A DNA stretch of 63,633 nucleotides, the filler included, from Octopus bimaculoides (taxonomy: Eukaryota): assembly GCF_001194135.2 (NCBI RefSeq). It is 8 parts of 7 records of this genome, joined end to end, with 100 filler letters (N's around TTAATTAATTAA, not from the genome) between each part and the next. Parts side by side here need not be neighbours in the genome. Positions count along the whole stretch, not along the records: positions 17,144 to 30,098 come from NC_068997.1; positions 30,199 to 40,936 come from NC_068988.1; 6 more parts are not named here. One strand, given 5' to 3'. Below, in pieces: positions 24,358-36,087 of the stretch (position 1 is the stretch's first letter; the number at the start of each line of letters is the position of its first letter). Position numbers and translations under genes: made by a program. The notes under the pieces were generated by a model. That model did not search any database. It had not been told where the DNA came from and saw nothing but the letters and a program-made list of their open reading frames with translations.

Positions 24358-25295
24358 NNNNNNNNNNNNNNNNNNNNNNNNNNNNNNNNNNNNNNNNNNN
24401 NNNNNNNNNNNNNNNNNNNNNNNNNNNNNNNNNNNNNNNNNNNNNNNNNNNNNNNNNNNNNNNNNNNNNNNNNNNNNNNNNNNNNNNNNNNNNNNNNNNN
24501 NNNNNNNNNNNNNNNNNNNNNNNNNNNNNNNNNNNNNNNNNNNNNNNNNNNNNNNNNNNNNNNNNNNNNNNNNNNNNNNNNNNNNNNNNNNNNNNNNNNN
24601 NNNNNNNNNNNNNNNNNNNNNNNNNNNNNNNNNNNNNNNNNNNNNNNNNNNNNNNNNNNNNNNNNNNNNNNNNNNNNNNNNNNNNNNNNNNNNNNNNNNN
24701 NNNNNNNNNNNNNNNNNNNNNNNNNNNNNNNNNNNNNNNNNNNNNNNNNNNNNNNNNNNNNNNNNNNNNNNNNNNNNNNNNNNNNNNNNNNNNNNNNNNN
24801 NNNNNNNNNNNNNNNNNNNNNNNNNNNNNNNNNNNNNNNNNNNNNNNNNNNNNNNNNNNNNNNNNNNNNNNNNNNNNNNNNNNNNNNNNNNNNNNNNNNN
24901 NNNNNNNNNNNNNNNNNNNNNNNNNNNNNNNNNNNNNNNNNNNNNNNNNNNNNNNNNNNNNNNNNNNNNNNNNNNNNNNNNNNNNNNNNNNNNNNNNNNN
25001 NNNNNNNNNNNNNNNNNNNNNNNNNNNNNNNNNNNNNNNNNNNNNNNNNNNNNNNNNNNNNNNNNNNNNNNNNNNNNNNNNNNNNNNNNNNNNNNNNNNN
25101 NNNNNNNNNNNNNNNNNNNNNNNNNNNNNNNNNNNNNNNNNNNNNNNNNNNNNNNNNNNNNNNNNNNNNNNNNNNNNNNNNNNNNNNNNNNNNNNNNNNN
25201 NNNNNNNNNNNNNNNNNNNNNNNNNNNNNNNNNNNNNNNNNNNNNNNNNNNNNNNNNNNNNNNNNNNNNNNNNNNNNNNNNNNNNNNNNNNNNNN

Positions 25296-25665
25296 GCTGG
25301 AGTAGCGCCTTTAGTCGAGCAACTCGACCTCAGGACTTATTCTTTGTAAGCCTAGTACTTACTCTATCGGTCTCTTTTGCCGAACCGCTAAGTTACGGGG
25401 ACGTAAATACACCAGCATCGGTTGTGAAGCGAGGTTTGAGAGACAAACAGAGACACACAAACATACAAACACACACACACACGCATATATATACATATAT
25501 ACGACGGGCTTCTTTGAGTTACCGTCTACCAAATCCACTCACAAGGCTTTGGTCGGCCCGAGGCTATAGTAGAAGACACTTGCCCAAGGTGCCACGCAGT
25601 GGGACTGAAACCGGAACCATGTGGTTGGTAAGCAAGCTACTTACCACATAGCCACTCCTGCGCCT
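25296..25665 (-). mobile_element. Near-complete composite tRNA-SINE (head A, internal microsatellite, tail C)
   Basis: The reverse complement reads tRNA-like head (TGGTAAG A-box-like, GGTTCCGGTTTCAGTCCC B-box-like), then accttgggcaagt (CORE-like), then a (TA/CA) tract, then gtttgtc...cgatgctggtgtatttacgtccccgtaacttagcggttcggc...aaaggcgctactccagc. Confidence 0.8.
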
Positions 25666-27963
25666 AGGAGTGTAATATATATGTATGTAATATATGTATG
25701 CATGTATGCATGTGCCTGCAGCTTTTAAATGTATATATGTACTTATGTATATATAGATGAGTCTTACTAATATTTTCGTGCTGTTTCTTTACTAATGATT
25801 CTACCATTGCATGTAGTACCAAAATCTTTGAATATGGATGTGCAGAACTACTTGGGCCAAGGGCATTGGGAGCCTCCTTGATCTAGTCTGATGTGTAGCC
25901 GACCAGTAGTAAACTTGATTAAATCATTCATTTGCTTATCACCTTACGTGTATGAAAATTGATTACCGACAATCCTTTGCAAAGCATATTCGATGAACAT
26001 TCAGCAAGTTTCATCGAACCTTTTATGTATATATATATAAAGGATGTGAATTTATATACATATGTATATGTATACATAGTGGTAATCACCTCACAGTATC
26101 CATTCTCTATCTCAGGACGTCTCGGTCCTCGTCGCTGCTGATTGAAAACATTAGAGATTATTGGGTGTAGATTGTTCTCCGGCACCAGACACCTCTTGTT
26201 ATAATCCAATTTCAGCGCAATGAAGATAGAAAGTTCTTCGAACCAAAAACATAGGAAGAATCCATCATTTCCGAGATAGGGGTAAACTACTCGCCTGCTT
26301 TTTGAAATGTATTTACTCCCAAATGTTAGATCAAACGGACGCAATCCAAGTATTTCGCGCACATGCGCAAATACGGATTTTGTTACTTTTTAAGAAAATA
26401 CATTCACATGAGAAAAGTGGACACATCAAACGCATCAATAATAAAAAGAGAACACTTACACACGCAAAAAATGCATCCGGACGCACACACACGCACACAA
26501 TCACATAGGCACACTCATGCACACACATAAAAAAACACATACGCACATATACAAACGCATATCTTAAAATACATAATGCGGTCATTTTGACCCTTGGAAG
26601 TGTAGTACATCGATTCATGATCGCATACATAAAGCATACATACTTTCAAACGTACACGTATTCATGCAGGCATTCTTATATATATATGTATATATATATA
26701 TGCATACGCACAACATACATTCATACGGCCACACATGCATTCATATATTCATACATACATTTGAACATCCAAGTGCGTGTTTACTCAACCAATAGTCCTT
26801 TACAAAACACTAGTCCTATTGATCACAACAATTTATTTTACTTCCTATTTGTATCATATATTATTTGTTTTTAATAGCTATTTTATACATACATACATAC
26901 ATACATACGTATATACATATATATATGAACACGCACATACATGCATACACACATACATTTATATATACATATATGTGTGTGTGTATATATGTATATATAT
27001 ATATATATGCATTCATCCATCTATCTATCTATCTATCTATTTATNNNNNNNNNNNNNNNNNNNNNNNNNNNNNNNNNNNNNNNNNNNNNNNNNNNNNNNN
27101 NNNNNNNNNNNNNNNNNNNNNNNNNNNNNNNNNNNNNNNNNNNNNNNNNNNNNNNNNNNNNNNNNNNNNNNNNNNNNNNNNNNNNNNNNNNNNNNNNNNN
27201 NNNNNNNNNNNNNNNNNNNNNNNNNNNNNNNNNNNNNNNNNNNNNNNNNNNNNNNNNNNNNNNNNNNNNNNNNNNNNNNNNNNNNNNNNNNNNNNNNNNN
27301 NNNNNNNNNNNNNNNNNNNNNNNNNNNNNNNNNNNNNNNNNNNNNNNNNNNNNNNNNNNNNNNNNNNNNNNNNNNNNNNNNNNNNNNNNNNNNNNNNNNN
27401 NNNNNNNNNNNNNNNNNNNNNNNNNNNNNNNNNNNNNNNNNNNNNNNNNNNNNNNNNNNNNNNNNNNNNNNNNNNNNNNNNNNNNNNNNNNNNNNNNNNN
27501 NNNNNNNNNNNNNNNNNNNNNNNNNNNNNNNNNNNNNNNNNNNNNNNNNNNNNNNNNNNNNNNNNNNNNNNNNNNNNNNNNNNNNNNNNNNNNNNNNNNN
27601 NNNNNNNNNNNNNNNNNNNNNNNNNNNNNNNNNNNNNNNNNNNNNNNNNNNNNNNNNNNNNNNNNNNNNNNNNNNNNNNNNNNNNNNNNNNNNNNNNNNN
27701 NNNNNNNNNNNNNNNNNNNNNNNNNNNNNNNNNNNNNNNNNNNNNNNNNNNNNNNNNNNNNNNNNNNNNNNNNNNNNNNNNNNNNNNNNNNNNNNNNNNN
27801 NNNNNNNNNNNNNNNNNNNNNNNNNNNNNNNNNNNNNNNNNNNNNNNNNNNNNNNNNNNNNNNNNNNNNNNNNNNNNNNNNNNNNNNNNNNNNNNNNNNN
27901 NNNNNNNNNNNNNNNNNNNNNNNNNNNNNNNNNNNNNNNNNNNNNNNNNNNNNNNNNNNNNNN

Positions 27964-28032
27964 TCATCATCATCATCATCATTTCTTCTATTGTTACTGT
28001 TGTTATAATTATTAATATTACCCATATTATTG

Positions 28033-28076
<44 letters not shown>

Positions 28077-28087
28077 TTATTGTTGTT

Positions 28088-28158
<71 letters not shown>

Positions 28159-28205
28159 TATTATTATTATTGTTGTTGCTACTATCATTATTGTTGTTGT
28201 TGTTG

Positions 28206-28245
<40 letters not shown>

Positions 28246-28300
28246 TTCCATCATCTTCATCGTCATCATCATCATAATCATCATCGTCATCGTTATTATC
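27964..28300. repeat. (CAT)n/(TAT)n/(TGT)n trinucleotide mosaic
   Basis: Direct reading. Confidence 0.95.
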
Positions 28301-28839
28301 TGCAAGGGCATTGCGTGGACACCTTTTGTCAACTTTTGCATTGTGCATGCACACTGCGCTGTCAACTGTGCAGTGAAGTGAACTGTGCAGTCAAGTGTGC
28401 ATATAACTGTGATTAGCTGTTCAACCAGTTGTTCTCTCCACCGCCGCCACTGTTGTCTCATTATCAATGTAACAAACCAATAGCTGTTACGTTGTAATCA
28501 CAATGTATTTTTTTTTGTTTTTCCCCCTTTAATGATATATGGATAATGGACACCTGATGATGAAGTAAGTGTATCGCGAGGTAGAGCAGCCGGTTGTTGC
28601 AAGCTATATTGCTATATTAGAGCTGGTTTGTTTCAGGGTGTGCCTAGCAGATTTATTGGGTGGTTTTGGAGGCTGATGTCAATATGGCGGAGAAGGGCTT
28701 TAGTTGGGTAGGTGTGGGAATGAACGAGTAAGAATGATTGAGGAGGAGGAAGAGGAGGAGGAGGGGCGGAAGGAAACGATTTAAACGTGCAAAAGAAGGA
28801 GAGCTAGAAAAGAAAGGGAGGAATGAAACAGAGAACGTG

Positions 28840-28968
28840 AGAAGAAGAAGAAGAAGAAGAAGAAGAAGAAGAAGAAGAAGAAGAAGAAGAAGAAGAAGAA
28901 GAAGAAGAAGAAGAAGAAGAAGAAGAAGAAGAAGAAGAAGAAGAAGAAGAAGAAGAAGAAGAAGAAGA
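28840..28968. repeat. (AAG)n microsatellite
   Basis: Direct reading; gives the poly-R, poly-L and poly-F ORFs. Confidence 0.97.
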
Positions 28969-29707
28969 TTTCGAATAAATGGCAAGACAATACGAATGAA
29001 GACGGGGAAAGAAAGAGCAAATACGTATTTAAAAAAAAAAAGAGAGAAAAACTGCAGGTGAGAATCGATTAAAGGAAGATGAAAGATGCTTAGAGACAGC
29101 TTTAACGTTGAAAGCTGTCGTCGTCGTCGTTGTTGTTAGTGTTGTTGTTGTTGTGGATGTTCTTCAAGGTTTTGACTCTGGTCAGCCACAATTTTTGCTC
29201 ATCTCACCTGAACAATACTCAAGTGCACATGCACCTATGTAAGACATCTAGGGCACACACATACATATATATACATAAATAAACACACAGGTAAGTACGC
29301 AGAGATGATGAGAGACAGTCAGGACTAGGTAAATGTTTCTGTATATATGTGCACATGCTGTACTCCCGTATCGTAAACGACAGGTGAGAGTCTAGCGATT
29401 TCTTGGGCAGGTGATCAGTTTACAGGCATCAAATGTCTGAGGAACTCTTTTACTACAGTAAAGAAAGGCAAACTCAGGTGGTTTGGGTATAACACTTGCT
29501 CATGATAGATGGCCAAAACAGTGATACGATTTTGTAAGCTAGACACTAATCCACTCCGAGATCTCAGGATAAAAAATGAATCATTTCACGTTTCCCGAAG
29601 CTTCTAAATTCATATAACCTAAAGAATATAGATGCATATATGGATAGATAGGTAGGTAGGTAGGTAGGTAGATAGATAGACAGATAGATAGAGAAATAGA
29701 TAGATAA

Positions 29708-30098
29708 TTTTCTTTTATTAGCCACACAGGGCTGCACACAGAGGGGACAAATACAACTGTAGAGCTTTTCTTTAAGAAAAAAAAAAATCCGATCAAAAGG
29801 GATCGGTAGGGGCAAAAAAAAAAAAAAAAGAAAAACTGGGGGTATCGTATATCACAGAAAATGTCAATCGTGTAAAATGGGGTAACATTAGGTTTATCCA
29901 TGGAGAGAAAAGCCTACGGAAAAGACCATGGTAACCTCAGCAGGAAATAGACACATTTTTTTTTTATTTTCGATTTATAGGATCATGCTCAAAGAGGTAT
30001 CGTCACTCGCACGCACCATCTTTGCTACATTCACCCACCTTTTAATGAAACTCACGAGACAAAAACTGTCTCTCTATTCTCACCTTCCTTTTCAAGTG
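29708..30098 (-). mobile_element. 3' end of a Tx1-like LINE (ORF2 C-terminus and 3' UTR)
   Basis: Minus strand reads HLKRKVRIERQFLSREF..RWVNVAKMVRASDDTSLSMIL* (one frameshift). The UTR ends tttgtcccctctgtgtgcagccctgtgtggctaataaaagaaa, followed by (ATCT)n. Confidence 0.65.
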
Positions 30099-30404
30099 NN
30101 NNNNNNNNNNNNNNNNNNNNNNNNNNNNNNNNNNNNNNNNNNTTAATTAATTAANNNNNNNNNNNNNNNNNNNNNNNNNNNNNNNNNNNNNNNNNNNNGT
30201 TTAAAGCATGTCCATTCTTTACAATAAATTTTGTAGTAAGTGATTAATAACTAAATGATTTATAATAGAAACAAATGTTTATTTGAAAAATACAAGATGG
30301 AAAAAATTAGAGAACATGACATAAAATTCAAGAAATCAACGTTTTGCCAGAAATGTTTATAATCCACATCAATATATTAATAAGCTGTGTACATTCCTTT
30401 ATGT

Positions 30405-31460
30405 TTAATGAACGCTACCCTGGATACACATCTATACTACGTGCGCAGAGTTAGTAATAGGAGAGGATGTAAATGCCTCAAAGACCTGCTCAGACGTTTC
30501 CAACTGTCTGACAGGTACCGACTGGACCACCCGAATGTACCAATGTGGACATGGAGCAACCGCATCGGGTCGTCCAGATCGTATTTAGATAGAGTATTCT
30601 GTAGGATAGTGGATAAAGATAGTGTAGGTTGTCCACAATTCCATAGTCAGCTACACAGACCACAAATTTGTGACCTGTACACTTGACTTAGATAAGACAC
30701 ATAGGCAGGGTCCCGGTTACTGGAAGCTGAATGCTTCATTCACGGCATGCCAGGCTTACAGAGACCGGATTACCACATTAGTTAAGAGAGCATTGACGGG
30801 AACCATCGTAAACAATAGATGGTGGTATGCCCTAAAGAAATCAATTAAAGCAGAATCGGTTAGGTACAGTAAGGCTCTAGCATTAGACCGAAATAGAATA
30901 GAAGGGGCACTTTGAACTTGCATCGCGTCCAACGTATTGGCCCTCGACCAACACTTCAACGCCAAACACGAAGGATGCGTTGTCAGAGCTAGGATGCGTA
31001 CTCTGAGGAACGAAGGAGTTGGGGCCGTCGGAGAGGCTCGAGTGGCGTAGGAGCAGCGAGGCAACAAAACCACCATTAGGTCCCTGACAGATGAGCAGGG
31101 GCGTGAATTACTCTCGCCTGAAAAGATGTGTGAGGCCTTTCAACAACACTTTGCCCGACAGTTCGGGACAACTGGTGGGTCAGAACGCAGAGTAGACTTT
31201 AGTGCCTACCTGCACAACCTGCTACAATTCGGAGTGTTGTGAAAGATCCATCACANNNNNNNNNNNNNNNNNNNNNNNNNNNNNNNNNNNNNNNNNNNNN
31301 NNNNNNNNNNNNNNNNNNNNNNNNNNNNNNNNNNNNNNNNNNNNNNNNNNNNNNNNNNNNNNNNNNNNNNNNNNNGGTCTGCCCTACGAACTTTATTGTC
31401 ATATGCTAGACTTGTTTGGAGGCATCTTGGCAGCAGCTGTCTACTGCAACTGGCAACAAA
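30405..31460 (+). mobile_element. Tx1/L1-clade ORF2 fragment (C-terminal APE endonuclease and linker), frameshifted
   Basis: Motifs YRLDHP..P.WTWSN, SRSYLDRVF, TDH (SDH-equivalent) and GPGYWKLNAS. After the N gap, GLPYELYCHM..L (PG.DGLP.EFY motif). Confidence 0.85.
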
Positions 31461-31469
31461 ACATATATG

Positions 31470-31689
31470 TGTGTGTGTGTGTTTGTGGGTCTGTGTTTGT
31501 CCCCTCAACATTGCTTGACAACCGATGCTGGTCTGTTTACGTCCCCGTAACTTAGTGGTTCGGCAAAAAAGACCGATATGATAAGTACTAAGCTTACAAA
31601 GAATAAGTCCTGAGGTCGATTTGCTCGACTAAAGGCGGTGCTCCAGCATGACGGCAATCAAATGACTGAAACAAGTAAAAGATAGTAAA

Positions 31690-31692
<3 letters not shown>
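31470..31692 (+). mobile_element. Family C SINE tail truncating the Tx1 ORF2 fragment
   Basis: ttgcttgacaaccgatgctgg...aaaggcggtgctccagcatg...gactgaaacaagtaaaaga. Confidence 0.8.
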
Positions 31693-31730
<38 letters not shown>

Positions 31731-31731
<1 letters not shown>

Positions 31732-31951
31732 GAGGTGGGGTGAAAAGTTCCTGGCTTTGTGTGAAAGAAAATACAAGAGGATTAGTTAATTATGATTTTA
31801 TTTAACATATTCCCCTCTCAGAATCACACACTTATTGTAACGGTCTTTCAGTTTTTCCAAGCCCTGTGAAAGAACTCTGAAGGCCAGCTAGGGACCCCAG
31901 CTAGGCCTTTCGCGAAACCGTTACAGCCAGGAAAGTTTCAGCATCCCCTCG
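31731..31951. mobile_element. mariner-type MITE (221 bp) in a (TA)n tract
   Basis: TA-cgaggtggggtgaaaagttcctggct ... agccaggaaagtttcagcatcccctcg-TA imperfect TIRs. Confidence 0.8.
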
Positions 31952-32704
31952 TATATATGTGTGTGTACGTATGTATATATATTTTAATGTTTATACATAC
32001 ATAATACATACATACTTGCACACACACATACATGCACACACACACATATATGTACACGCACACATACACATATATATATATATACATCTTGAAATTTATG
32101 CATATATACATACATGTATACACATATATACATACTTACAAAAACACACACATATTCTTTAAATGTCAACTATTTGATAGGGAAAGGCCGTATCATTTAA
32201 AACTTACTTATCTGCATATCCGAGTTGTAATGAACCAAACCTATAATTAAATAAAGGTAGAATTCCAGTAACAGAAATGATATCAAGCAGTTATAGAGAA
32301 TGGCATAAGAATAGGTCATCTCTTGATATTTATCTCCAACCTACGGCGATCTGCAAAATCTGTAGAATGGCTGACAAAAATGTTTTTCCAGAATATATTT
32401 TCGCTATTTTACGGTCTGAGTTCGATGTCGTGTTTCATCTATCAGATGGTTGATATAACAAGTGCAAGTGCTAATGAAATAATAGGGTATCCATTTAATA
32501 AATTATACAACATCTTCGAAGATTTTGGCTTTTTGTCCTAGGCTTGAAATCAAAATTCACTTATTCACTTCAATGCGCTCGTTATATGTAATAATACTAA
32601 AGTGTCAAGTTTTCTTTCTGCAGATGTTCTCATCTATCATAAAGTTGTTATAGATCAATATTTTTCAGTTGAGTGATTCAGTTTATATATCTTGCAACCA
32701 CGTG

Positions 32705-33065
32705 GTTTCGGTCATTAGGCTGTGGCTATGCTGGAGCACCACCTTGAAGAATTTAAGCCGAATGAATGACCCAGTATTTATTTTTTTAAAGACTGGTACT
32801 TATTTTATCGGCCCCTTAGGCTGAACCGTTAAGTTATGTGGACGTAAAGACACCAACAACAGCTGTTAATCGATGGTGGGAGACAAACACAAACACACAC
32901 ACATATACGACAGGCTCCTTTCATTTTCTGTCTACCAAACCTACTCACAAAGCTTTAATTGCCCCAAGGTTATAGTAGAAGAAACTTGTCCAAGGTGCCA
33001 CTCAGTGGGAATGAACCGAGAACCATGTGGTTGGGGAGTAAGCTTATGACACATCTACGCCTGCC
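32705..33065 (-). mobile_element. Diverged composite A+C SINE
   Basis: Same head, microsatellite and tail order as 25296-25665. Confidence 0.7.
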
Positions 33066-33155
33066 TTATAAAACAGGGCGAATTTACCAACTTCTCAAGA
33101 GACGATAGAGACAATGAACAACCTTAATCAGTATTGGACTCTTATTGGTAGTGTA

Positions 33156-33635
33156 TCAGGTCATCCCATAAGTTCTGTTCGAATTTTGAATAAAGAAAAC
33201 AACTGATCAACTTTCATATTTAATTGAAATTTAACCATGAATGTACTTTCCCTGATTGACTATGACTTCCTTCCATCTGTTTACAAGCTTTTTAATCCCA
33301 TCAACTCTTTTGTTTTCAAAGCGAACAACTCTGAAATGTCAGTTTCGACCCCCTCCTGGCTTGCGAAATTTATGTCTCCCAAATGATTCTGAAAACTACG
33401 AAACAAATGGTAGTCCGAAGGAGCAAGGTCGGGATGAGGAATTTTTTCCCAACCAAGCTCTTCGATCTTCTGTGATGTGATCTTTGCAGTGTGGGGTCGC
33501 GCATTGTCCCGATGAAACATCACTCTTTTAGATTCACTAAAGCGGGTCTCTCTTTCTTTGAAGCTTGGGTCAAATCCTCTAATTGTTGACAGTAAACTTG
33601 AGCATTGATTGTTGCATTAAGTGGTAACAATTCAA
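33156..33635 (-). mobile_element. mariner transposase C-terminal remnant with one TIR
   Basis: [37 protein letters not shown] followed by tcaggtcatcccataagttctg at 33154. Confidence 0.88.
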
Positions 33636-33770
33636 AGGTCAGCTTTGCTTGTCATCCTTTCGGGGTCGATAAATTAAGTACCAGTTGCATACTGCGGTCG
33701 ATCTAATTGACTAGCCCCTCCCCACCCCCACCAAAAAAATTTCGGGCCTTGTGCCTAGAGTAGAAACGAA
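33636..33770 (+). mobile_element. 5'-truncated SINE family B with the alternative tail, interrupting the mariner remnant
   Basis: ctttgcttgtcatcctttcggggtcgataaattaagtaccagttg...cccctccc...aaaatttcgggccttgtgcc. Confidence 0.75.
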
Positions 33771-34084
33771 TTATCGACGTCGTAAATATGACGGCAAAGT
33801 TCATCTCAGCGGAAATTGAACTCGGCTCAGCTAATTCGTAGTTTTGCCATTACATACATGTATGTGATTTAGGAAGGTAATTTCATTGGTTGTTGGAATT
33901 CAGTAGAGTTAGCACTGATATAAAAATACATTGTAGATGGAAAATTAATAGGATGACGAATAGAAAGATAAATGACAAAAATAAATGAATAAAAAGGAGA
34001 ATATAGAGGAAGGAAAAAGGGGCATGATGAATAAGCAAAAAATAGAATGTAGTTGTTGAATGATGTAATATGTTATTTTATAAG

Positions 34085-34315
34085 AGCAGCGAGCTGACAG
34101 AATCGTTAGCACGCTGGGTAAAATGCTTAGCGGCATTTCATCGGACTTTATGTTCTGAGTTCAAATTCTGCCGAGGTCAACTTTGCTTTTCATCCTTTCG
34201 GGGTCGATTAAATAAGTACCAGTTATGCACTGAAGTCGATGTAATCAACTTAATTCCTTTGCCTGTCTTTGTTTGTCCCCTCTCTGTTTTGCTCCTTGTG
34301 GACAATAAAGAAATA
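34085..34315 (+). mobile_element. tRNA-like SINE family B with Tx1-type 3' tail
   Basis: Head gagctgacagaatcgttagc...gagttcaaattc. Tail tttgcctgtctttgtttgtcccctctctgt...gtggacaataaagaaata. Confidence 0.8.
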
Positions 34316-34850
34316 AATATGTTATTTAGCAAAGAATATTTACAAAAGAGAGAATAGGAAAGAGGGGTAGAGAAAAAAGGGGAGATAGAAATGAAGAGAA
34401 AGAAAAGAAAATGCATGCGTTTTTCGTCTTTTGTAATAGAAAATAGATAATACAAACACATACTCACACACGTGCATATATATTTGTTTACATAAGAAAT
34501 GTTTAGCTTTTTGACTTTGTGTGAAAATGTGTGTGAACATATATATATATATATATATATNNNNNNNNNNNNNNNNNNNNNNNNNNNNNNNNNNNNNNNN
34601 NNNNNNNNNNNNNNNNNNNNNNNNNNNNNNNNNNNNNNNNNNNNNNNNNNNNNNNNNNNNNNNNNNNNNNNNNNNNNNNNNNNNNNNNNNNNNNNNNNNN
34701 NNNNNNNNNNNNNNNNNNNNNNNNNNNNNNNNNNNNNNNNNNNNNNNNNNNNNNNNNNNNNNNNNNNNNNNNNNNNNNNNNNNNNNNNNNNNNNNNNNNN
34801 NNNNNNGATAGTTAGCAAGGTGAGACACACATAAGAAAGAAGGAAATAAA

Positions 34851-34895
34851 GGACCACTGATGAGGTCACAGAAGTGTGACGAAAGAACTCTGGCC
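34851..34895 (+). ncRNA. Minimal type I hammerhead-like ribozyme
   Basis: ggacca-CUGAUGA-g-gtcaca(gaag)tgtgac-GAAA-g-aa-c-UC-tggcc. Stem II is perfect, stem III is tiny, and stem I has one mismatch. Confidence 0.55.
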
Positions 34896-35049
34896 GAAAT
34901 AAGATTAAGATGAATGTAATATAAAGCTGAAGCAAATTAACACCAAATATACAGTGCGTGTGTTTTTATTGGCTAAACTGGCAATATGACCATCCCCAAG
35001 TACAACAACATCTGTTTCAACACACGATTTCACATCAAAAATCTTGCAA

Positions 35050-35080
<31 letters not shown>

Positions 35081-35294
35081 GAGGGGGGCATATTTGGATA
35101 TATAATTAAGTCCCACCTAATAAAGACGACGATGAAAACAACTACGACAACGGCTATGATGATCACGATGACGAATGGCGACGACGACAGAGACAACGAC
35201 GACGATGATGATAATGATGGTGATGATAAATATGGGGGTTAGTTAAGCGTCTTATCTCATTATAACCCCCTATTAGATAATTCTAATGGTATTC

Positions 35295-35560
35295 TTAACC
35301 CCGCGCAAGTAAGCGAAGTAAGGTTATTGTAGTCGCACGATTTTGTCGATCTGAGTGTTTGCAAAATTACTGGAAAACAGTTGAACGGATTTTCACCAAA
35401 TTTGGCAGAAATACCCATCGGGTGAGTGGCTCGGAGTAACGCTAAAACTGGCGATCAGATAAATCAAAATTATTATTTTTTCTTTATTACATATGCATAA
35501 AGGATAAGCAGAGGACATAACTCTTGATATAAGTTCGTTGAAATATGAATTCGTCTGAGA
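35295..35560 (+). mobile_element. Helentron-associated (HINE/DINE-like) non-autonomous repeat fragment
   Basis: ttaaccccgcgc...cgaag.aaggttatt...gcaaaattact...aacggattttcaccaaatttgg resembles the conserved start of such elements as I recall them. Confidence 0.4.
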
Positions 35561-36049
35561 ATATATTTATTAAATTAAATTATATTTTATCCTTGTGTGC
35601 GTGCAAGGTAAGCATTGCCCTTCCGAATTTTGTTTTTACATTCGATTCTTTATTCGTTTGCTGCTCCATATGGTATACCAACCGCGTGTAATGGTGCAAG
35701 ATCTTTTGTGATTAAACGAGCGGCTCTATTTAATCCAACTGTAGCTGACAAAGTGAATGACCAGTGGAACATCAAGTTGTTCTCCGAGGTAACGTGTGGT
35801 AATGAACGAGTATTTCCTTTCTATGCTATATTTCAGAACCGTTCTTTCTTAATTCGTACAGGGATGAAGTCAATGGACTTTCAGTGATTAAAAATCTTGT
35901 CTAGATGAGATAAAACTGTATTGCATCGTCTCTAATTTGTCTGTTATACACATACAAACATTATTGTATACAACATAAGTACATATAGTTAATATGTATG
36001 ACACACACACGCACATATATGTATATATATTTATGTATGTGTGTATGTA

Positions 36050-36087
<38 letters not shown>

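Noticed and set aside
28738-29061. Protamine-like poly-Arg ORF
   Set aside because: It is a translation of an (AAG)n microsatellite.
32200-32560. Possible minus-strand RT fragment (YAD-like motif)
   Set aside because: Only weak, stop-ridden similarity, insufficient to call.
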